Shown here piece after piece: positions 35,585 through 47,955 of a DNA stretch of 64,000 nt. Within the stretch, counting starts at the first letter, position 1. Every line of letters begins with the position of its first letter. This DNA is from Zancudomyces culisetae HAW-14-8 (lineage: Eukaryota > Fungi > Kickxellomycota). The stretch covers positions 4,092,001 through 4,156,000 of the forward strand of contig JBNJNM010000011.1 in assembly GCA_052426225.1 (NCBI GenBank), in the 5' to 3' direction. The position numbers and the translations under genes are program-made. The notes beneath the pieces were generated by a model, which was given only the letters and a program-made list of their open reading frames with translations, had not been told where the DNA came from and searched no databases.

Positions 35585-36972
35585 CTTTTTGAATACACTC
35601 AAAAGATAATAGTAAATATCACTATCGACCTGTATTGGGCTGGGTTAGCCATGTTTCAAAATAAATAGGAGAGCAAATGAATGTCAGCTCCAATGGATAC
35701 AAGGATTGTTGTATACTGCCTAGAAGGGCGGCACCCTTTCAAAAGTGTCTGGTGGCTATCAGTATTGGGTAAGCTAGCAATTCTAAAAAATCAAAACAGG
35801 CGAGCGCTTTCAGAGCTATACATCTGGGATAGGCCATACACAATTTGATTTTCCATGCTGTGTACGCCGTGTACTCTGAAACTCTACTCATGCTGTTAAT
35901 TATGGAAATGATTGATTTTATCTAGCTTTATTTTTCTATGGCTCCTTAACTCGTTAATACAAACTTAGGTGTCTAAAATATGGTTTTTTACGTGTAATAA
36001 AGTGAGAAATTATGCTAAAAGTCGTAGCGCTACATGTACTGTTACGTATACTGCTTTGAATGGTATTTTTAAAAAGTTAATGCAGGTCTATTATAAACTA
36101 CAGTCTAAAGAGTATCAAAAGCAAAACCAGCGCTATTAGAATAACACTACATAATATGCATGTACGATGTTCTAATACTAGTGTTATCGTCAGCGCAATT
36201 GCTATTGGTTTTGGAATGCTTTCAAATGGGACCAGCAGATATAAAAGCAGCCATCTAAATTTAGTATGAAAATCTGTAAACAATGCGCAAGTATATGAAT
36301 AATTCCGATTAAATCGGGAGTACAGGACATTTGTGGTTCCCATATCTTATATAAATATATGAGCATATGTATCCAGGAAAAACACACGATAATATTCCTA
36401 ACTAAAGAAGAGTTCACGCGTAAAGATAGTGTTGGTTTACTTACTGAAGACAATACATTTCTCCAACTATTTTAAAACGAGTCGTAGAGCAGGGTATTCC
36501 GGCATTAACGAAATTGTGTTAGCTGTTGGATTTAAAATTTTACAAGTGTAGCATACTTGGACATTTACACTTGTTACAGAGCACTTTGCTAATTGAAGCG
36601 GTTGGTTTTTTGGTGTGTTGTTTTATTAATATTGAGCTCTGTTTGCGTGTTTACCAAGAGAGAAAAGTATGTATTCAACCAAAACTGCCTCTAAAAATAC
36701 CGTTTTATCTTGAATAGGCGTGGAAATAAAGTTAAAAAAGTGGATTGAAAAAAAAATTTAGCAGCTGATTATTGTATTTATCTGTAGCACTCATTGATGG
36801 GGCGAATGAAAAGCGCCATTTGGGTGCAAACACAAAACCAACACGAATAAAACAAAAGTAGATTGATTATGGCCTTAAACTAAAATTTTTTTAATACTCC
36901 ACTTGCTAAAAACGCGATTATCTATCTTGTATCGATGGTAGAATTGGAATTTGCAACAAAAGGCGTGGCAAA

Positions 36973-38316
36973 ATGAAGTTACTCAGCAAACGAATTGAAA
37001 AAGATACTACAGGATTTGTCAAATTAATTCCAGAAGATGGCGAGGATATGTGGGGAGTATATAATCTAATACAGAAAGGGGACCGGGTGGAGGCATCAAC
37101 GGTTAGAGGAGTCAAGACAGAAACAAGCACCGGCAGTGTATCCTCGGAGCGTGTGAGGATAACACTAACGATCCAGGTAGAAAAGGTCTATTACGATGTA
37201 CAAGCTGGGGCTTTGAGGATAAATGGCAAAACAGTGGTTCAAAATAAATATGTTCAACTAGGGCAGTACCACACCCTGGATTTGGAATGTGGGTATCCAT
37301 TTACAATTCATAAAGCCAATGGATGGGATACTGTCAATCTACAGCGGATAGAGGAGGTGTGCGATGTGGACAAGCAGGCAGAGCTGGGTGCAATTGTGAT
37401 GCAGGAGAGTGGGATTGCAAGTATTTGTTTGATTACTAAATATCTGACTGTAGTTAAACAAAAGATCACTGTGACCATACCGAAAAAACGCAAAAACATG
37501 TCTATAATTCAGTACGAGAAATCCATCAACAGTTTCTATGAAAAAATATTTATGGGTATGAAAACGTGTTTTCTGAATAATGGGAACAGTGGCACAGCTA
37601 ACTACGGCAAAAATATAAAAGCTGTAATTGTTGGAAGTCCAGGCGGAATAATGGCAGATAAATTTATTTTATATTGTAAACAGCATCTTGATGGCAGCAG
37701 CAATAACAAGACGTTTTTAGATAAACTTCTAAAAGTTAGTTGCGCGTCGGGTCACAAATCTAGCCTGGAACAGGTCTTGAAAGAGCCTTCTGTCATTGCG
37801 AAACTTGGTGATATCAAAGCAACCCAGGAAGTTGCCCTACTGGATAAGCTGTTTTTCCTGCTGAACAAAAATACCGAGGATATTGAGTGCACAACTACAA
37901 GTGTCTTGTTTGGGTATAGCTCTATCAATAAAGCATTTGAAGCCCAAAATTACGCACCAACCTTAATAAAATTTTTACTCGTTAGTGACTCAATCTTCAA
38001 TACAGACGACTTTGCTCACCGTAAAAGATTGGTTGACTTTGTAGATACTTTAAAATCGAGTACATCCGCCGAAATCGTGACATTCAGCTCGCTACACTAT
38101 TCAGGGGAGCAGTTGGTTAGTATGGGTGGTATGGCTGCAATCTTAAATTACCCTATTGTCGAAGAGGACGAAGAAGTGGGTACAGGTGAGAGAAAAAGCG
38201 AAGACGGGAGGAAACGGACAGCCTCAGCTAACCAAGATAACGCCAACTCTTCAGAAGTTGATCACTATGATACCGACACAGACAGTGAAAGTGTAAAGGG
38301 TACATTAATTACTTGA
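36973..38316 (+). CDS. DOM34: Dom34/Pelota ribosome-rescue factor
   Basis: MKLL..LIPEDGEDMWGVYNLIQKGD, GQYHTLDLE, IPKKRK, FSSLHYSGEQLVSMGGMAAILNYPI, acidic tail. Confidence 0.95.
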   Translation: MKLLSKRIEKDTTGFVKLIPEDGEDMWGVYNLIQKGDRVEASTVRGVKTETSTGSVSSERVRITLTIQVEKVYYDVQAGALRINGKTVVQNKYVQLGQYHTLDLECGYPFTIHKANGWDTVNLQRIEEVCDVDKQAELGAIVMQESGIASICLITKYLTVVKQKITVTIPKKRKNMSIIQYEKSINSFYEKIFMGMKTCFLNNGNSGTANYGKNIKAVIVGSPGGIMADKFILYCKQHLDGSSNNKTFLDKLLKVSCASGHKSSLEQVLKEPSVIAKLGDIKATQEVALLDKLFFLLNKNTEDIECTTTSVLFGYSSINKAFEAQNYAPTLIKFLLVSDSIFNTDDFAHRKRLVDFVDTLKSSTSAEIVTFSSLHYSGEQLVSMGGMAAILNYPIVEEDEEVGTGERKSEDGRKRTASANQDNANSSEVDHYDTDTDSESVKGTLIT

Positions 38317-40465
38317 GCTTTGCCATCTTTTTTCTATTCTCTAAATGGACTTTTCTAATGAACTTTGTCGTTACTTGTTTGGAGTGTTTTGCTCTTCGCG
38401 TTAGATTTTTTTTAGCTTAGAGCTAGGGATGTTTTGTACTTTTTTTTTAATGTCAAGGATTGATTATATATTGCGGACATTTTGAGATGATACACTTTTT
38501 TTTGATACAATGGCAAAAGTATATTTAAAAAATGGCCAGTTTACTATTGTTCATATTTGCGCAGTGGAGTATGACATTTAATGCCAATTCTACAGATGAA
38601 TTTCCCCTTCCCCTTCCCCTTCCCCTCCCCTCCATTAATAGATACCTTTGAAAACTTTTGTTTTATGATTACAACCAGGATTGCAAGTCAAGGCAAGTAG
38701 TAATAAGATGCATGGTCAAGTTCGCGTTTCCCACCCAACTGTTGTTATAGCTGGCACAAATTTGACAAGTCTCAAAGTATTTGCAGGATGTTGCCTGATT
38801 GAACATTTGTTTCAGCAGATTTGTGGTTTCCCGTTTGATGGTTGGCTAACCTTCTATTGCTTGGTGAATTTCAATTTGGTCTATGTTGTCTATATAAAAG
38901 TTTATTTTGAGCCCTGTTTTCCTCCATTTCCCCCTCTCTCCCCCCCAAAATTACAAGAAATTTTCACTAACTGGAAGAGAAGGATTTCACGAAAAATAAA
39001 TAAAAAGTTGTCAACTGCATTTATTTTCAAACCAGTCTGTTTTCTAAAGTGAAGGAAAGGTGAAGAAACTCTTGTAAAATACAATAATACATTCGGACTA
39101 CTAAAGCATCAGGGCAAGCAATATAAAGATAATCAGGAAATCATAAACCACGAAAATATGACCGAAGCATTTGCTTTTGACTACAGGGTAATATTCTAAA
39201 ACTAGCAAATGATTGCATCATTACTGTAAAAGCTAGGAGGATAAAAATATATTTGTAATCATAACACCTATCAACAAGCGACTTTTTGTAACATGCATAG
39301 AAAAACTGGGTTGGTGAGGGCTTTACGCCGTTATTGCCAGCTAACTTAATTTTTAGTCTGGCAATTTTTATGGGATTAACTGGCGCTGCCTTGTGTGGCC
39401 TGTTCTTAGTGTAAGTTTTACTTCTCTTTATTGTGTGTGTGTGTGTGGGGGGGGGGTGATTACCTATATAGCTTATTATGTAGATTATTTAATTGAGAAT
39501 TGAAGAAACATCAGTTCAAGGCAAATCCAAAAACTTCATAAATCCAAGCTGAATTCTAACCTTTTTCTTTGTACGTTCAACTTTTTTATAGAACGAAAAA
39601 CAGTTTAGCTTCTGAATTTTCTCTAGCCATCCTTTCTTCGATGACACTTAGTTTGGCAGTTATTTTTGCATTCATTACAAACGATATTCCAATTTAAATA
39701 AACTTATCGGATGTTAAAATAAAATATTTCCCAAGAATCTTATTCTAACTTGGCTAAGAGTGCAGAACTCTAGCTATAAACCTCAACTCACCATTTAAGT
39801 GCGCACTTGATATTATAAGGTGAGACCAAAATAAAAGGGATATAATTAATTTCGTGGAAAAAAGGGATACTGTGCTCAATTATGTAGCTATGAGGGGAAA
39901 ATATTATTATACCATAGAAATATTTTTATAAATACCATATGCTGAAGGAAGGGGAGTGCATAAATAGTTTTTAATGTTAAACTTGAATACTTTGTGATAC
40001 ATGGGCTGTCTTGTCCTCGGCTGCCACTAACGATATCACAGATCGCTTATGGTTCAAGCTTTACATCCAAAATAACGAAGCAGTACACATCCACATTGTA
40101 CACACACTCACACTTTGTCGTTTCAAGGTAAACGTGTTTTGGTTGATAATGATGAAATTAGTTATTAGTCATACACTCTTAACGTATCCCTCCTATTTGA
40201 CATGTGGAATCGGGTACTGACAAGTTGTGATAGCCATGTTTTACTTCCTCTCCTCATAAAATGAACACAAAAATTGGTTGAGCACAGCCACACAGCCAGC
40301 TTAATAAATAATCAAAAATTGGTTGATTTACCTAATTTTTCAAAACCAGTAACCTCCAATTGTTTTTAGGCAGTTTAGTGCCTTGTATGATATTTTTATT
40401 TGAATACATCACAAGTAGAGAAGATTGAACAATTCCCGAATCTAAATCTTGAATAATACACAAAC

Positions 40466-42516
40466 ATGTATCGCTATATACGAAGCCGTGCACTAAGACT
40501 GAAGCGCATATTTCTGGGAAGAAAGCACTTGAAGACTGCAATATTGCTGTTTCTGCTTTTAGAAACACTTTTGAGCTATGCAATTATCAACAGAGTCAAA
40601 TGTAAGTGCCAGTTTTCTCATTCTTTACTTTAATGTTTTGTTCTACTGTGGTGTGAATTCTAGAGATTCGAGTACTAAACTGCTGTTTTTTTTCTTTTGA
40701 ATCAGATACAAAAATAGATTGGGACGCATATATGCAGCAAATCGAGTTGGTATTAAATGGAGAGCGTGATTATGAAAACATCAGTGGCGAAACAGGCCCC
40801 TTAGTGTAAAATTTAATATTGTTGTAGAACATAAAAACTAAAACACATGGACAGTCTATATAAAATACGAGTATTATTATGTTTGTAGCTATCCCGCTGG
40901 GTTTGTATGGATTTATGCGATTTTATATCATTTTACCAGCAAGGGCACAGATATACTATCTGCGCAATATATTTTTATGGGGCTGTATCTTATCACCCTC
41001 TCACTTGTGGTTTACCTATACGCTAAGAACGAAAATGTAAGTGGTGGAAGATATGTCCCATGGTACTTGATAAGCAACAGTATGGCCTCTGTACTGAGTC
41101 TAAGTAAATGGTTTGTATTTGCCGATTTGTATGAACGATAAATTTGGAGAAAAATACCTACTGCTTTTTATTGCCTTCAAATAGATTCCTCTCGTCATGA
41201 TATTGGCACTAGGAGCGTCCAAAAGGATTCATTCTATCTACATGTTGAGATTGTTTAACGATCCCTTTGCGGTTTTATTTGCCTTTATTGGGACTTTTTT
41301 CATGGTGCACGAACACGTCCTCTTATCTAGCGTATTCTTCAGGTAAACTACCTCTTCTCCACAATTTACTCTTACTATAAGACCTGCTTCGTACCCTATT
41401 TAATTAGCGCTATTTGAGAATATCAAAGACATTTTATTATGTACTACAACACAAGATGCCACTATAACGTATACCTCTACATGAATAGTTTGGGGATATC
41501 AACAAAGATGAACATATTGCTTTGGATGCCTGGATTTGTGTACATACTTTATAGAAATCATGGCATCAAGAAGATTCTGACCAGTGGAGTGGTGATTGGT
41601 TTAATTCAGGTATTCGACTTTTCAGTTACTTTTTTCTCTTTAGTTCATCATGTACTATACCGGTTTTTTTTTGGTATCATTGGGCGAGAAAGCTAGTGTA
41701 GTAACACATATGCTTTCCACTTCTATTATTCATAGATTATTCTCGGATTCCCATTCTTGTCTAAATACCCATACCAATATTTAGTGGGTGCATTTGATTT
41801 TAAGCGGCAGTTTATGTACAAATGGACAGTGAATTGGAAGCTAATATCAGAAACGACATTTTTGAGCAGCGGGTTTGCAACGAGCTTGCTGCTCCTTCAT
41901 TTGGGCCTTCTATTTGTATTTTACTCGTTTGTTTGGGAAAGGTAGGTCTATATAAGACGGAGTATAGTCATTGAAACCAAACCTTCATATAACCATATAC
42001 ATTTTTCTTTTTGGTAGTACTGAAAAATCACATACCCCTCTAAATAGAAATACAAAAGCACACCCAAAACCCGATAAACCCGGTGTGAATATCAGAAGCT
42101 TATTATCTGTTGATGGTAAATCGCTATTTCTTTTTTTCTTTAAATATAGCATTTTTACCTTAGATTGATTCTACATAGAATACACATTCCAGACCCACTG
42201 GATGAAAACTTTATTGGGTATATACTGAAAAAAGTGTAACTAATACATAGAAAAAATGCTAATATTATTTACATCGAATTTTGTTGGCATTGTGTGTGCC
42301 AGGTCTCTTCACTATCAATTTTACTCTTGGTATTACTTTACATTGCCATACATATTATCACACATAAAATGGCCCAAGATGGTATCACTGGCCTTCCTTT
42401 TAATGATCGAATATTCTTGGAATGTATACCCGTCGACCCAAAAATCATCTGGTATTTTACTGCTGTGTCATGGTGCAATAATCCTGGGTCTTTTGTTTTA
42501 TAGAACTAATAAATAG
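40466..42516 (+). CDS. ALG3: Dol-P-Man:Man5GlcNAc2-PP-Dol alpha-1,3-mannosyltransferase; exons 40466-40601, 40706-40805, 40889-41036, 41185-41342, 41489-41609, 41736-41941, 42018-42115, 42251-42516
   Basis: Seven GT-AG introns join in frame to give [101 protein letters not shown]. Confidence 0.93.
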
Positions 42517-42702
42517 CAGGTTTGCAAACTCTGAAATGAGCATTGGAAGAAAAAACGAATAAATCGGCTGTTGAAACATAGCGCTACGTTGCATAGCTTT
42601 CTTGGCTTAAAAACACATGCATTTATTCCAGATTTTTCATTTTTTTGGGTAGATGCTTTCTCACTTGTATAAAAACGAGACATAAAAGATAAATCAAACA
42701 GT

Positions 42703-43854
42703 TTAATCAAACATAGAAATAATAGTTCTAATACTTTCGCCGTCTCTGAGCAGTTGGAATCCCTTGTTGATTTCACTAAGAGGCAGGTGGTGCGTGCAGT
42801 ATTCGTCCAGCATCAATTTGCCATCAAGGTATTTTTCAACATATGAATCAAGGTCAGAACCCTTCACATCACCAAACATACATCCGGTCCATTTTTTACC
42901 AAAATTCAAGCTTTTAGGATCAGTGGAGATTTTTTCACCAGCTGGGGCAATTGATACAATAACACTGGTGCCCCAGCCTGGCATTGTGCACTCAAATGCA
43001 TCGTTCATCACGCTAATACCGCCACCACTGGTATCAAAGCTGCAATCAACACCTCCTCCGAATTGCTGTCTTATTACGTTGACAATCCCAATGTCCTTAT
43101 GGTCATTAGGATTGTAGAAATCAGTCGCGCCAAACTCCTTTGCTTTGTCGAATTTACCGGGGTTAATGTCGATGGCTGCAATTCTGGATGCACCAGCAGC
43201 AGCTGCACCCTGGATAACACTCAAACCCAAGGCGCCCAGCCCAAAGACAGCAACTGTGTCACCCTTTTTAATATCGGCTGTATTAACGGCTGCACCGTAC
43301 CCAGTTGGAACACAGCATCCCAACAAACAGATACGGTTCATTTTGTCATTAGGTCTGATTTTGGTTAAGGATGCTTGGGAGACAACAGTGTACTGGCTAA
43401 ACGCCGAGACTCCTAAGAACAACCCGACTGGTTTTCCGTTGATAGAAAATCTGGATGTTCCATCGTCGTGTTGGTTACTAGTGAAGTATTGTGATGTCTT
43501 GAAACACAGGTTGGTTCTACCGCTCTTGCAGAGTTTGCACTCCTTGCATTGTGGCATAAACAATGGAATAACATAATCACCTGGTGCAAACTCAGTAACA
43601 CCCTCGCCAACTGACTCTACAATACCAGAACTTTCGTGTCCAAGAATCAGTGGGTACTGATTCGTTCCACCATCTTTTCCTGCCAAAATGTATGCGTCTG
43701 ACTGGCAGATACCAGCATAGAGAATCTTTACTCTAATCTCACCCGCTTTTGGTGGAGCGACTTCAATTTCCTCAATAACCATATCTTGTTTTGGGCCATA
43801 GGCTACTGCAGCCTTGCACTTGATAACTTTTCCTTCAGTAGTGGTAACTGTCAT
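42703..43854 (-). CDS. Zn-dependent alcohol dehydrogenase of the class III (GSNOR/ADH5) lineage, with a divergent substrate pocket
   Basis: VIKCKAAVA, IEVAPPKAGEIRVK, catalytic Zn ligands C(QSD), GHE and LLGC, structural Zn CxxCxxCx7C, GLGALG, AIDIN, GESIRTII. Confidence 0.9.
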   Translation of the reverse strand: MTVTTTEGKVIKCKAAVAYGPKQDMVIEEIEVAPPKAGEIRVKILYAGICQSDAYILAGKDGGTNQYPLILGHESSGIVESVGEGVTEFAPGDYVIPLFMPQCKECKLCKSGRTNLCFKTSQYFTSNQHDDGTSRFSINGKPVGLFLGVSAFSQYTVVSQASLTKIRPNDKMNRICLLGCCVPTGYGAAVNTADIKKGDTVAVFGLGALGLSVIQGAAAAGASRIAAIDINPGKFDKAKEFGATDFYNPNDHKDIGIVNVIRQQFGGGVDCSFDTSGGGISVMNDAFECTMPGWGTSVIVSIAPAGEKISTDPKSLNFGKKWTGCMFGDVKGSDLDSYVEKYLDGKLMLDEYCTHHLPLSEINKGFQLLRDGESIRTIISMFD

Positions 43855-45759
43855 TTTAGTTTTAATATGTTTTAATTATGATGCTTTACGCTTGATTGCT
43901 CGGATTTCTTCACAGTGTAAATAAACTGAATATAATCAATCTTAGATGAAAATAAAAACAAAAACAAAAACTGACAAGACCTATCAGTTAATATTTATAT
44001 GTTATTTTTTAGTGCATCCTTTCCTCTTTTTCATACACACACACCCCCCACCCCCTTGGATTTTGTTTTATATACAAAAATGTCGAAAACGTGATAAACA
44101 TGCTTAGAGTTTCTGTAGATCTTTTTTTGGATTCTCTAATATGGCTGATGTGTAAAGTACATCAATTTGGTATTGATTCAACCCAAGCAAAGCGGAAGTA
44201 GGTACATGAAAGTAAAGATTCAATACCCATGCCTTTTCTTTTTTTAGGTACGCACTTTGGGCTGTTTTACTAGTATTTACAGGAAAAAAGAGTGTATAAA
44301 ATGAAACAAAACCCAAATGTGGTAACCAAAAAGCAATGGAAAGATGAAGAAAATTGATTGTATTAGGATGAAACTGTGAAATATGACTGTCATAATCTAA
44401 AACGAACTGGTATTTTTTCAATAAGACATGTTTGCATTTCACGTTCTACTCGGTCCCAAGAGAAAAAATAATATATTATGCTGGCCAAATAAAGAATCTG
44501 TTCTAAATGATTCAAATATTTAGCGTGTTTCGGATGTTTTAAACTATAAAAAAAAACGAAAATTTACACGTGACTATTGGGGTATGCAATTCCATCTTGT
44601 GTGTGATATATCGGCGGCCTTTTGCCTATTTATTTGTTTATTCTACCCCTTTCCCCCTGGTTTTGTGTTAAATGCCTGCAATGAGGTACCCCTTGTTCAA
44701 AAAAGAAACAAAGACTATTTTGCTTTTTGAGCTCCGATCAAAGCTATAGATTTTTAAAAAGATGAAACTGGGTCACTTGTGTTCTTGGGGTGTGACTTTT
44801 TTTTTTTATGGGTAGAGTCGTATGGGCAGATCTGTTGTGGAATAGGCTGCAACTTCATGAGAAGCGCGTGGGGAAAAATGATATAAAAGCTTAAATTCGA
44901 AAAGAAGCACGTCTCAAATAAGTGTGCTTGGCTGAAAAAGACTGGTATATTGGGTATGTGGCAACATATCTTTGAGATTAAAGAGTATCTTGGGTATTAC
45001 TATTTGGAGTAGCTGCTATCGCTACAGCCACACTTTGGTGCTACTTCTCTATCAAAAATTCGATGGGGTGGCTGGCAATGCGTATTTAGCAATATAAGGT
45101 AAGATCCATTGACAGCTTTATTGTATAGTGATAAAAATAACAGATACCTAAAGATACACAAAGATTGACATAGTGTTGGTAGAAAAAGCAAAGGCATATT
45201 TTGAAAATAAAGACATCCACAAAGATATACACACTGGTTGTTGCTTTGCCCTGCACAGCTGTTATTGGAAGAAATTCTCTTAAAAAGTTGAAGGCAAATA
45301 TTACATTACCAACGATTACATAATACAAAATAAAGCATTTCATATTATGAGATCCAAATGCACCTATTAAATGCGTGCAATTTGCAATTAAAAAAGTGAT
45401 GACAAAATCTTGCTTTAATTACGTGAATACAAAAAAATTTTTTTTTTACACAAAGATAAAAAAGCACCATACAACATCGCCGTTAGGCGCGAAAAGAGCA
45501 AAAGACACAAACAGAATTGCATAATATCTGCTGAGCACGCGGTAAACGTTGGGGGGTAAAATCCGGAATATAAGGCAGATTACACCTTTCAGAAAGAGGT
45601 TTTACATCGTACCTATTGATTATATTCTCATTTTGATCATTCGACGATACTCTGCTGTAATACTGCGCTGCGGTTACTGCTCTTTGTTGTTAGTTTTCGG
45701 CTCAGAATATACTTTTTTGCATCCAGTTATACATTACAAAGAGAAAACAAAGGGCGAAA

Positions 45760-47859
45760 ATGGGAGACAGAATCGGAAACAAAAGAAATGTTGTCGAGCT
45801 CGATGTGGAAATGGGAATGCAAACAGGTGCAGTGGCTGAGAATGGCCTTGGAGATTTGAGTAGAAGCATGGGTATAAATGAGAATGAAATGACTGTAGTA
45901 GAGGGAAAGCGATTCAAGAACGAAAAAATTCACATTCATCTTCAAAAGCAGCACAATGGTACAAAGCAGCAAATGTCGATGTCAGGAGACGATTTTATTG
46001 ATACTATCTATACAGGAAACATCAACAAGAATGGTAATTCCATGATAGAAGAAAATAGGGAAATCGACGAGGTGTTAAAACAAGTTATTGAGGAAAAAAC
46101 AACAGCAGATCTAAAAGAGAATATGGATGGTAAGATTGAGGAGAATGGTTACGGGGATGATAAGACAGAAGAAGGAGAAAAAGTGAATGAAGTGAGTGAA
46201 GGAGAGGGAGGAGAGGAAGATTGGGGACAGTACAGCAAGGAAGATATGAAGTTGATTCTGGAAAACAAAAGGCTCATACAAGAAGAATATGGTAACGAAT
46301 ACGAATCAGAAAGCGATGAAGAATTTGATTCTGAACTAGAAATTGAAGGTGAGCTAGAAAGACTACAAAGCAGTTTTAATGAAGAAGGAGAAATGGGTGA
46401 GTTGATGGATGAAAGGAGAGAATTCAAAAAAATAGAAACAGAAGAAGAGGCTCGAAGAATCGTTGGGGAAATAAGGCAGTTGGGGATGGAAGGGTTTATA
46501 GGCAAATATGTAAAAGAACTCGGATATTCAGTAGTAAGTTTAATTAAGGCAATTGAGCCCAAAGCAGAGTGGGATTTTAGTGAGGAAGAGGGGTATGAAA
46601 GTATGGCATCAAGGGGACAGGTGATGATAACGATTCTGCGATATGTATTGAAGAAATATTTACAGAAGCGGCAAAAATTAGAGCAAGTTAATACAGTGGA
46701 AGATGTGCTATTCTTGATGCGGCGAAGTAAGAAGATGATGGTATTGACAGGCGCTGGAGTCTCTGTGAGCTGTGGAATTCCCGATTTTCGGTCCGCTACA
46801 GGAATATGTCAGCAACTAGCTGAAGAGTATGGGCTAGACGAGCCTCAGCAAATGTTTGACATGGAGTACTTTATAGAAAATCCAAGTTTGTTTTACTCGT
46901 TTGCTAGGCAAGTGTACCCAGATAACTACGAACCATCACCGAGCCACCACTTTATAAAGTTGCTTGAAGAAAAGGAAAAGCTGTTGAGGAACTATACACA
47001 GAATATTGACACGTTGGAACAGAAAGTAGGAATTGAGAAAGTACTCAACTGTCATGGAAGTTTTAATACGGCGACATGCATAAGGTGTGGATATCGGTGT
47101 GAAGGAAAAGATATTAAATACGATATTATGAGTCAGAGAGTAAGCTATTGTAAAAAATGTAATACTAACGTTGACGGTGCTGCTAAAGAAAGAAAGGAAC
47201 AAGAACACAAGGAGGATCTTCATGGTGGTAAGAGTTCTGGTAATGATGATGGTTATGATGATGATGATGACGAAGAAGAGTATGGGGTGATCCAGGGGGT
47301 GATGAAGCCAGATATTGTGTTTTTTGGTGAAAAACTCCCCAAGGAGTTCGACGAAAGGTTGAAAGAGGATCTAGAACAAGTTGATTTACTGATAGTAATG
47401 GGGAGCAGTCTAAAAGTCGCACCGGTCAGCGAAATAATGACACATCTACCTCCCCAAATTCCACAGATTGCCATCAACAGAACACCAATAACACACATGA
47501 ATTTCGATGTACAGCTGCTTGGGAATAGTGATGAAATTGTGAGCTATTTATGCTATCGATTGGGATGGAACCTCTATCATCCCAAGCTTTTGGGCGGTTG
47601 CTCCTTGAGCCCCGAGTATATTGACACTGTAAAACAGCCCATTTCCAACCTTCCAAACTCCGAGGACTCTGGAAAACCCAAAAATGGTATGCAGCGCCTA
47701 CAGGACATGCAAGGCTTACAGAAAGACACAGTCATCAACGCAGACAACTTTGACCTTTACCGTGACAACCTACCCCCCAATTGGCACCTTTTTGAGGGCT
47801 ATCACCTCACTATAGACGATATTTACAAGTACTCCAATCTTTTTACCAACAATTATTAG
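45760..47859 (+). CDS. SIR2: NAD-dependent deacetylase, Sir2/SIRT1 class I sirtuin
   Basis: LTGAGVSVSCGIPDFRS, LLRNYTQNIDTLE, CHGSF, two CxxC pairs, MKPDIVFFGE, GSSLKVAPV. Confidence 0.93.
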   Translation: MGDRIGNKRNVVELDVEMGMQTGAVAENGLGDLSRSMGINENEMTVVEGKRFKNEKIHIHLQKQHNGTKQQMSMSGDDFIDTIYTGNINKNGNSMIEENREIDEVLKQVIEEKTTADLKENMDGKIEENGYGDDKTEEGEKVNEVSEGEGGEEDWGQYSKEDMKLILENKRLIQEEYGNEYESESDEEFDSELEIEGELERLQSSFNEEGEMGELMDERREFKKIETEEEARRIVGEIRQLGMEGFIGKYVKELGYSVVSLIKAIEPKAEWDFSEEEGYESMASRGQVMITILRYVLKKYLQKRQKLEQVNTVEDVLFLMRRSKKMMVLTGAGVSVSCGIPDFRSATGICQQLAEEYGLDEPQQMFDMEYFIENPSLFYSFARQVYPDNYEPSPSHHFIKLLEEKEKLLRNYTQNIDTLEQKVGIEKVLNCHGSFNTATCIRCGYRCEGKDIKYDIMSQRVSYCKKCNTNVDGAAKERKEQEHKEDLHGGKSSGNDDGYDDDDDEEEYGVIQGVMKPDIVFFGEKLPKEFDERLKEDLEQVDLLIVMGSSLKVAPVSEIMTHLPPQIPQIAINRTPITHMNFDVQLLGNSDEIVSYLCYRLGWNLYHPKLLGGCSLSPEYIDTVKQPISNLPNSEDSGKPKNGMQRLQDMQGLQKDTVINADNFDLYRDNLPPNWHLFEGYHLTIDDIYKYSNLFTNNY

Positions 47860-47955
47860 TTTATTCACATTTATTAAAATCGCTTGAGTGTTACTAAAAG
47901 AACTTAATGTTATAACTAGCTCATAAACTCATTAAATATAACAAAAAAAAACACA

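Noticed and set aside
36098-36453. Overlapping hydrophobic minus-strand ORFs
   Set aside because: No recognisable motif or splice model; consistent with chance ORFs in AT-rich DNA.
40706-40725. ALG3 YTEID>YTKID change as a sign of inactivation
   Set aside because: The adjacent conserved Asp and all other motifs are intact; a single substitution is not enough evidence.
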